From NCBI GenBank assembly GCA_043739185.1, contig JAYUEN010000262.1:1-14508 (forward strand): DNA of 14,508 bases, given 5' to 3'. Within the stretch, counting starts at the first letter, position 1. Each line of letters opens with the position of its first letter. The stretch is from Bdellovibrionales bacterium. GTDB lineage: Bacteria > Bdellovibrionota > Bdellovibrionia > Bdellovibrionales > JAMPXM01. Below, piece after piece: positions 8,203 through 14,508 of the stretch. The notes beneath the pieces were generated by a model. That model did not search any database. It saw nothing but the letters and a program-made list of their open reading frames with translations, and was not told where the DNA came from. The position numbers and the translations under genes are program-made.

Positions 8203-9413
8203 ATTTCTTCCTTTTGAAATTCGTGACCCATCTTTTCTCGCTTTGCGTTCAAATAGGATTCATTTTCAGAATTCGATTTAATGATAAGAGGGACTGTCTC
8301 GACAATTTCAAGACCGTAGCCTTTTAAGCCCACTCGCTTCGCGGGATTATTGGTAAGTAACCTAATTTTTCGAATGCCGAGCGAACGTAAAATCTGTGCG
8401 CCCATACCGTAGTCCCGGCTATCACTCGGGAAACCTAAATGCAAATTGGCATCTACCGTATCAAGCCCTTGTTGATCTTGAATTTCGTAAGCTCTGATTT
8501 TGTTGACCAAGCCGATGCCACGGCCTTCTTGTCTTAGGTAAAGGACTACGCCATTTCCATCTTGCTCAATCATGCGAAGAGCTTTATGCAATTGGGGACC
8601 ACAATCGCAACGTTTACTTCCGAAAACATCTCCGGTCATGCATTCCGAATGCACGCGCACCAATACCGACTGGCCAGGATCAATTTTTCCTTTTTGAATG
8701 ACCAAATGTTCAGCCTGATCAAGTGTATTTCGAAAGGCACGAACTACAAAACCATTTCCGAAATCGCTTGGCAAATTTGCGCTCGCTACTTCTTGAACGA
8801 AGCTTTCATTTTGAACTCGATACTTGATAAGGTCGACAATAGCGCCAACTTTAATATTATGCTTTTTTGAAAAAGCTTTCAAATCGTCAACTCGTGCCAT
8901 GCTACCATCGGCCTTCATGACTTCACAAATTACTGCTGCCGGATTGAGTCCAGCGAGAACTGCGAGATCGACACTAGCTTCGGTGTGACCTGCACGCTTA
9001 AGAACCCCACCACTTTGCGCCCGTATCGGGAAAATATGGCCTGGACTAATGATATCAGCAGCACTGGCATTCGGCGAGCTCGCAACGCGAATCGTATGCG
9101 CACGATCGGCCGCAGATATTCCTGTGCTGACACCGTGTGAGGCTTCAATGCTCACAGTAAATGCGGTTTTATTTGGAGACAAATTCATATCATCGCGAAC
9201 CATCATGCGCAGGTTTAATTTCTCTACTTGTTGATTCGAAAGCGCTAGACAAATGAGTCCACGTGCTTCTGTTGCCATAAAGTTAACGGCTTCTGAAGTG
9301 ATGGCATCCGCCGCCATTACCAGATCTCCTTCATTCTCTCGATCTTCGTCATCCACGAGAATGACCATTTTGCCTTTTTTAATATCTTCGATTAATTCCG
9401 AAATCGTATTCAT
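8199..9413 (-). CDS. ribBA: Bifunctional DHBP synthase / GTP cyclohydrolase II
   Basis: RibB motifs VDDEDRENEGDL, FTVSI, TGISAADR, RAGHTEAS; RibA motifs RVHSECMTGDVFGSKRCDCG, QEGRGIGL, LLTNNP. Confidence 0.97.
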   Translation of the reverse strand: MNTISELIEDIKKGKMVILVDDEDRENEGDLVMAADAITSEAVNFMATEARGLICLALSNQQVEKLNLRMMVRDDMNLSPNKTAFTVSIEASHGVSTGISAADRAHTIRVASSPNASAADIISPGHIFPIRAQSGGVLKRAGHTEASVDLAVLAGLNPAAVICEVMKADGSMARVDDLKAFSKKHNIKVGAIVDLIKYRVQNESFVQEVASANLPSDFGNGFVVRAFRNTLDQAEHLVIQKGKIDPGQSVLVRVHSECMTGDVFGSKRCDCGPQLHKALRMIEQDGNGVVLYLRQEGRGIGLVNKIRAYEIQDQQGLDTVDANLHLGFPSDSRDYGMGAQILRSLGIRKIRLLTNNPAKRVGLKGYGLEIVETVPLIIKSNSENESYLNAKREKMGHEFQKEEI

Positions 9414-10030
9414 AAAAATCTTTCTTGATAGGAATGAATTAAGGTTCTTGTCATAAAATCAATTTCAACATTGACGTTTTGGCCCACACTTAAATTTCCC
9501 AAATTAGTTCTCTTTAAGGTTTCAGGAATGAGACAGCTCGAAATAAATACGCGGCCATCTTTCACTTCTACTTCATTAATTGTGAGACTGACTCCCGCCA
9601 CGGCCCAGCTCGATTTTTTCGGAAAGAAGGAGTAAAACTCTTTGCCGAGACTCAAAGTCAAATCGAAGGCCTCGCCTGTAAGGCAGGCAACTTCGACTTT
9701 ACCCAAGGTATCAACATGGCCCGAAACAATATGCCCATGAATACGATCGCCCATCTTTAGCGAACGCTCCAAATTGAAGATTCGATTTCCTAATGATTGC
9801 GAATTCCAGCCGGTAATTTTCAAAGTTTCTGGGCCCAAGGTAAATTGCATCTCGGTCTCTGAAAATACTTCGATTGTCAGACAAACTCCGTCAACGGCAA
9901 TACTATCGCCAATTCGAAGGTCAATAAATGTTTTGGGACGCGCCATCTGAATCGTGAGGTTACGGCTATCGCCATTTTTCGATTCAACTTTGAGCACTCT
10001 TGTGGTTTCTTCAATTATCCCTGAAAACAT
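9410..10030 (-). CDS. ribE: Riboflavin synthase (alpha chain)
   Basis: MFSGII N-terminus, GDSIAVDGVCLT, NLERSL, GHIVSGHVD, GVSLT, LIPETL, VNVEID. Confidence 0.96.
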   Translation of the reverse strand: MFSGIIEETTRVLKVESKNGDSRNLTIQMARPKTFIDLRIGDSIAVDGVCLTIEVFSETEMQFTLGPETLKITGWNSQSLGNRIFNLERSLKMGDRIHGHIVSGHVDTLGKVEVACLTGEAFDLTLSLGKEFYSFFPKKSSWAVAGVSLTINEVEVKDGRVFISSCLIPETLKRTNLGNLSVGQNVNVEIDFMTRTLIHSYQERFL

Positions 10031-10038
10031 AGAGGATG

Positions 10039-10067
10039 AGTGTACTTCTGTGTGGCTAAAATGTCAC
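10039..10067 (-). promoter_or_regulatory. Sigma70-like promoter of the ribE operon
   Basis: Minus strand GTGACA (10067-10062) - 17 nt - TACACT (10044-10039), then 8 nt to the ribE ATG; no SD before the ATG. Confidence 0.55.
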
Positions 10068-10140
10068 TTAGTATCGAAGGATGTATCGAACATTTTAACA
10101 AGTATTTTCGCCTTGTTAGAGCTCATTTTCGTCACCTTGA

Positions 10141-10273
10141 TCAAGTCTTAAAGGCCAGCTCCAACTTAATCAGTTTTAAGGCAGCCGCAGCAGTCAGCCG
10201 CCAAACTGTTTCGGTCTCGGATTCAGACTCTGAATCCGTTACCAACAACTGAATGCCAGCTGCTCTAACCTGA
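10141..10273 (-). ncRNA. Unassigned long imperfect hairpin (candidate structured RNA) downstream of clpB
   Basis: Apical perfect inverted repeat CGGATTCAGA-G-TCTGAATCCG (10238-10218). Flanking stems UCAGUUGUU/GGCGGCUGA, GCAGCUG/CGGCUGC and UCAGGU/ACUUGA pair fully only on the minus strand, using G-U pairs. Confidence 0.35.
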
Positions 10274-10294
10274 AGATCTCAGTACTTATTCGAC

Positions 10295-12877
10295 CTATTT
10301 AAAATCAATTCCCAAATCATGGCCGACTGCTTGAATTTTATCTCCCGCCTTAATTTCGCCAGAAATAATTTTTCGCGCAAGCTTGTCTAAAACTTCACTC
10401 TGAATAAGCCTTTTCAAAGGCCTTGCACCGTAAATTGGATCAAATCCTTTTTCGGCCAAAAATCGAATGGCCGCAGCATCAAATTGAATCTCTATTTTCT
10501 TGTCGAGGAGCCTTTGCTCGACGAGTTTAAGCTGAATCTCAACTATCTTTGCAAGTGATTCCGGCTCTAAACTTCCGAAAATAACAATTTCATCAATTCG
10601 ATTGAGTAACTCGGGCCGAAAATGTTGTTTGAGGGCCTCATTGATCAGTGCCTTCTTTTTTTCTGGCGACAGATTTTCTTCTGCAATGGCATGTGAGCCA
10701 ATATTCGAAGTCATAATCAAAACCGAATTTCGAAAATCAACAATTCTGCCTTGACCATCCGTCAAGCGGCCATCATCTAGAATTTGTAGCAAAATATTGG
10801 CGACATCCGGATGGGCCTTTTCAATTTCGTCGAGTAAAATGACCGCGTAAGGCTTTCTTCTCACCTGCTCTGTTAGCTGTCCGCCTTCTTCATAACCCAC
10901 ATATCCCGGGGGCGCACCTATAAGCCGCGAGACAGAATGCTTTTCCATATATTCACTCATATCAATGCGAACCACGGCTTGATCTGTATCAAACATAAAT
11001 TCGGCAAGTGCTTTCACGGTTTCGGTTTTACCTACTCCCGTTGGACCCAAAAATATGAAAGAACCAATGGGTCGATTGGGATCTGAAATTTCTGCTCGAG
11101 CGCGACGAATGGCATCTGAGACGGCCCGCAAAGCATTGTCTTGGCCAGCGACTCGATTGCGAAGAGAGTCCTCCATCTTGAGGAGTTTGTCTGATTCGTT
11201 TTGCAACATTTTATCAACAGGAATGCCTGTCCATTTCGCAACGACTTCGGCAATTTCGTCAGGACCGACTTCTTCTTTTAACATGCGATGCAAATTTGGA
11301 CTCGGATTCTCGGCCTGCTTGGTGTACGCAACTAATTTTTTTTCAAGCTCAGGCAATTTACCGTATTTCAACTCTGCCGCACGCTCAAGAGTACCGGCAC
11401 GCTCTGCTCTTTCAATTTCAAGTTTGACCGCTTCAATCTGAGTTTTGGTGTCTTTAAGGCCTGAAATTTCTTTGCGTTCAGCTTCCCACTGCGAACGCAA
11501 TTCGCGAATCTTTTGCTCCATGATGCGCAATTCTTTTTCTAATTGAATCAATCGCTCTTTTGATGAGTCATCTTTCTCGCGTTTCAATGCCTCACGCTCT
11601 ACTTGCAGCTGTATCTTTTCTCGCTCTAACTCATCAATGGGAGTCGGCACTGAACCAATTTCAATATTAAGCCGGCTTGCGGCCTCATCGATTAAGTCAA
11701 TGGCCTTGTCGGGCAAAAATCGTGAACTAATATAGCGATGAGAAAGCTTCACTGCCGCTATCAAAGCAGAGTCCCGAATGCGAACTCCATGATGAACTTC
11801 GTATTTTTCTTTGAGGCCTCGCAAAATTGTAATCGCATCGGCAGGACTCGGTTCATCTACTAAAACCGTTTGAAAACGACGCTCAAGTGCAGCATCCTTT
11901 TCAATGTATTTTTGGTGTTCACTCAAAGTGGTTGCGCCAATACAGCGCAATTCTCCACGCGCCAAAGCAGGCTTAAGAAGTTGGCTCGCATCCATCGCAC
12001 CTTCTGATTTTCCCGCACCTACTAAAGTATGTAACTCATCGATAAATAAAATAATCTGACCATGGCTCTCGGTGACCTCTTTGATGACTGCTTTCAAGCG
12101 ATCTTCAAATTCGCCGCGGTATTTCGCTCCGGCAATTAAGGCACCCATGTCCAATGAAATGAGTTTTTTGTTTTTTAAAACTTCGGGAACATCGCCTTTT
12201 ACAATTCGGACCGCAAGCCCTTCGGCAATTGCAGTTTTGCCGACGCCTGGCTCACCAATTAGCACCGGATTATTCTTAGTTCGCCTTGCTAAAACTTGAA
12301 TGACTCTGCGAATTTCTTCATCGCGACCAATCACCGGGTCGAGTTTGCCTTCTGAAGCCATAAGGGTCAGGTCTCGACCATACTTTATAAGAACTTCGAG
12401 TTTAGCTTCTGGATTGTCATCATTCACTTTATTGCTCCCGCGAATTTTTTGAATGGCACTCTGAATCCGCTCTTTTGTACCGCCAAAATTTTGCAAAGAC
12501 CTCAAAATTTCAGGAGAGGCCCCGTTTATGATGGCGCTTAAAAAGTGTTCTGTCGAAATAAAACTATCAGCCATTTTTTTTGATTCTTGATCCGCCATTT
12601 CAAAGACTTTGATTAACTTTGAGCTCGGTACCACTCTTTTAGAGCTCCCCGAACTTTTTGGAAATTGACCGAGGCGGTCATGCAAATCCCGCTTTAAATT
12701 CGCTACTTGGACGCCAGCAGTAGAGAGTACTGATGGCACAATCCCCTCATCCTGAATGAGCAGATGATAAAACAAGTGTTCGGGCTCAACAGCAGGGTGA
12801 GATTCGGTCTCCGCCATTTGGGCAGCTGCTTGCATGGCCTCCTGGCTCTTTCTTGTCATTTTCTCAATTTCATTCAT
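10295..12877 (-). CDS. clpB: ATP-dependent chaperone ClpB
   Basis: 860 aa; [33 protein letters not shown], coiled-coil M domain ([12 protein letters not shown]), [38 protein letters not shown] upstream of the ATG. Confidence 0.98.
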   Translation of the reverse strand: MNEIEKMTRKSQEAMQAAAQMAETESHPAVEPEHLFYHLLIQDEGIVPSVLSTAGVQVANLKRDLHDRLGQFPKSSGSSKRVVPSSKLIKVFEMADQESKKMADSFISTEHFLSAIINGASPEILRSLQNFGGTKERIQSAIQKIRGSNKVNDDNPEAKLEVLIKYGRDLTLMASEGKLDPVIGRDEEIRRVIQVLARRTKNNPVLIGEPGVGKTAIAEGLAVRIVKGDVPEVLKNKKLISLDMGALIAGAKYRGEFEDRLKAVIKEVTESHGQIILFIDELHTLVGAGKSEGAMDASQLLKPALARGELRCIGATTLSEHQKYIEKDAALERRFQTVLVDEPSPADAITILRGLKEKYEVHHGVRIRDSALIAAVKLSHRYISSRFLPDKAIDLIDEAASRLNIEIGSVPTPIDELEREKIQLQVEREALKREKDDSSKERLIQLEKELRIMEQKIRELRSQWEAERKEISGLKDTKTQIEAVKLEIERAERAGTLERAAELKYGKLPELEKKLVAYTKQAENPSPNLHRMLKEEVGPDEIAEVVAKWTGIPVDKMLQNESDKLLKMEDSLRNRVAGQDNALRAVSDAIRRARAEISDPNRPIGSFIFLGPTGVGKTETVKALAEFMFDTDQAVVRIDMSEYMEKHSVSRLIGAPPGYVGYEEGGQLTEQVRRKPYAVILLDEIEKAHPDVANILLQILDDGRLTDGQGRIVDFRNSVLIMTSNIGSHAIAEENLSPEKKKALINEALKQHFRPELLNRIDEIVIFGSLEPESLAKIVEIQLKLVEQRLLDKKIEIQFDAAAIRFLAEKGFDPIYGARPLKRLIQSEVLDKLARKIISGEIKAGDKIQAVGHDLGIDFK

Positions 12878-12944
12878 TTTTTCCTCACTTTAATCAGAAC
12901 TCATCCTTATCATATTTCAGTGACCGAATGGGGCGCCACCATAT

Positions 12945-13283
12945 ATGCTCACCTCTTTAAAAATGAGGTCACAAACCGAAATGTCAACCCCTGAAAACTC
13001 CAAATCCAACAAGAAGAGCTCGATAATCTTTGGGCCTGAACATGACCCTAGGCAAAAGAGAAAAAGTCGAAAGCCCAGAAAAAGCATTTTTTTAGATCGC
13101 GTTCACCCCCAAGATTTTTTTAAATATCAATTTATGTTTTGTTGCGAGCAGTGCTCACACTTTGATTCGTCGCAAACTATTTGCACCATGGGTTATCGCG
13201 CTCAACACCAAAGACTCGAACAACTTAAAAAATACGAGCTCACTGGTAAAATTGCATTTTGTAGATTTATGGAAATTGACTGA
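12945..13283 (+). CDS. Small Cys-rich hypothetical protein (start may be 12963 or 12981)
   Basis: 112-aa ORF divergent from clpB. Basic N-terminal half; C-terminal CCEQCSHF-x6-C ... FCRFMEID pattern suggests metal binding. Confidence 0.7.
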   Translation: MLTSLKMRSQTEMSTPENSKSNKKSSIIFGPEHDPRQKRKSRKPRKSIFLDRVHPQDFFKYQFMFCCEQCSHFDSSQTICTMGYRAQHQRLEQLKKYELTGKIAFCRFMEID

Positions 13284-13464
13284 ATCCTCCTTGGTCGAAG
13301 TCATTTTTTGATGATTTTGGCTCGCAGGCTTTCGTCTTGTTTCGCACCGACCTTCTACCTGAATAAGCCTAGAAAATGCAGCTTTCACAGGCGTAGGTCT
13401 TAAGACCTTCATCGCAATTTACATACTTTGGCTGTGTGTTCTGCACAACCAGTCCTCTGTCCTG

Positions 13465-13491
13465 TCAAGAAATCGTCTCACTCGTCGATGA
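13465..13491 (+). promoter_or_regulatory. Sigma28 (FliA) promoter for flagellin
   Basis: TCAA (13465-68) - 15 nt - GTCGATGA (13484-91) versus the consensus TAAA-N15-GCCGATAA, upstream of a flagellin gene. Confidence 0.7.
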
Positions 13492-13537
13492 GTACTTTGT
13501 TCAAGATGTTTGTATTTTGACTTCACCCGGTTCAGTA

Positions 13538-13752
13538 GGAGCCAGGGAGTTTGGTCAGACTCTCTAACTAATTAACATCTCAGAAATGAGAAAGGAGGCG
13601 CTTCAAGGAAGATAAAAAAGTACATGGATTAAGATTGTAATCTCAAACAATAGTACATCGGCTCGGACGCCGAACTCCACGCTAAAAAATGGGGTCACGT
13701 AACAAGGAGGAATTTTTTATGAAGAATATATTTTAATAATTTAACTGGAGGA
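13538..13752 (+). promoter_or_regulatory. GGA-rich flagellin leader, candidate CsrA binding sites
   Basis: GGA at 13538, 13546, 13594, 13607, 13626, 13665, 13706, 13709, 13747, 13750. GUACAUGGAU resembles the CsrA consensus RUACARGGAUGU; hairpin UCGGC-UCGGAC-GCCGA presents GGA in its loop. Confidence 0.55.
13719..13736 (+). CDS. Putative upstream mini-ORF MKNIF
   Basis: AAGGAGG (13704-13710), 8-nt spacer, then ATG AAG AAT ATA TTT TAA TAA. Confidence 0.4.
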   Translation: MKNIF

Positions 13753-13756
13753 TAGA

Positions 13757-14508
13757 ATGGGTTTTCGTATTTCAACAAATATTTCGTCAATCAACGCTCA
13801 AAGAAATTTGAGTAATAGCCAAAGCAATATCGATAGCAGCTTGGCTAAATTATCAAGCGGATCTAGAATTAACAAAGCAGCTGATGATGCTGCCGGTCTC
13901 GCAATCAGTGAGAACTTGAAGGCGCAAATCAGATCAACACGCCAAGCAAACCGAAACGCAAATGATGGTATATCTCTTGTGCAAACTGCTGAGGGCGGTT
14001 TGAACGAGATTGGTAACATTATTGTTCGTCTTCGTGAGCTAGGAATCCAAGCGGCATCTGATACAGTCGGAGAGACTGAACGCGGATTCATTCATAAGGA
14101 GGTAGACCAACTTAAAAACGAGATGCAGCGGATTGCTCAAGTAACTACTTGGGGCAAAACTAAGCTTCTTGACGGAAGTACTCCTAATTATGACTTTCAA
14201 GTTGGTATCCAAAACAATGAATTCGAAGATCGTATTAGCTTTAAGGCTAGCGAAAACACTGCAACTCTTGATGCATTGAATTTGTCTGGTCTTGATTATA
14301 CTTCAAAAGAGGGTGCACAATCCGCCCTTGAGTCTCTTGATAAAGCGCAAGAAAATGTAAACGGAATGCGCTCAAATCTTGGCGCCCTTCAGAATCGTTT
14401 AACATCAACAGTTACAAATTTGGGAGTTGCTGAAGAAAATATGTCAGCAGCAAACAGCCGAATTCGTGACACGGATGTAGCGAATGCTTCTGCTGAAATG
14501 ACTCGTAA
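13757..14508 (+). CDS. fliC: Flagellin (3' end beyond window)
   Basis: GGAGG SD then MGFRISTNISSINAQRNL...KLSSGSRINKAADDAAGLAISE...NANDGISLVQTAEGGLNE...RSNLGALQNRL...AANSRIRDTDVA; open to the window edge. Confidence 0.98.
   Translation, partial: MGFRISTNISSINAQRNLSNSQSNIDSSLAKLSSGSRINKAADDAAGLAISENLKAQIRSTRQANRNANDGISLVQTAEGGLNEIGNIIVRLRELGIQAASDTVGETERGFIHKEVDQLKNEMQRIAQVTTWGKTKLLDGSTPNYDFQVGIQNNEFEDRISFKASENTATLDALNLSGLDYTSKEGAQSALESLDKAQENVNGMRSNLGALQNRLTSTVTNLGVAEENMSAANSRIRDTDVANASAEMTR

Noticed and set aside
10141..10285. Canonical FMN riboswitch (AUCUUCAGG start, CCGAGACCGA segment, position upstream of ribE)
   Set aside because: The invariant cores GGGUGAAAUUCCC, ACCGGCGGU, AGCCCGCGA and AGUCYGGAUG are absent.
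12878..12960. Sigma32 promoter or CIRCE for clpB (CCCCAT at 12933-12928)
   Set aside because: No CTTGAA-like -35 at 13-17 nt and no TTAGCACTC-N9-GAGTGCTAA.
13640..13700. c-di-GMP-I (GEMM) riboswitch-like words CAAAC...GGACGC...CUCC...CUAA...GGGGU in the flagellin leader
   Set aside because: No GNRA-capped stem, no GGCAAA or GCAAA ligand-pocket motifs, and the receptor is truncated. A cmscan with the c-di-GMP-I model would settle it.
13798..14091. Antisense and alternate-frame ORFs inside genes (this one, 3174..3686, 11055..11441, 7976..8281 and others)
   Set aside because: Shadows of well-conserved genes with no RBS or recognisable motifs.

Overview
Chromosomal window from a probable Bdellovibrionota/deltaproteobacterium-like genome (inferred from the flagellin type and the proS-pyrF-rlmB-tRNA order). 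The minus strand carries clpB, then a tightly packed run ribE-ribBA-ribH-ntrY-ntrX-proS-pyrF-rlmB-tRNA-Thr(UGU)-tRNA-Tyr(GUA). The plus strand at the right end carries a small Cys-rich hypothetical gene and a flagellin that runs off the window and is missing from the ORF track. The coding genes are ordinary housekeeping genes; the interesting signals are non-coding. (1) The tRNA cluster stops after tRNA-Tyr and is followed by phased short direct repeats and a new small gene, suggesting an integrated element boundary. (2) A ~260-nt sigma28-driven flagellin leader holds ten GGA motifs and a 5-codon uORF with a perfect SD. (3) A ~130-nt G-U-rich hairpin between clpB and ribE is not a canonical FMN riboswitch. 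(4) ribE has a sigma70-like promoter that would make it essentially leaderless.
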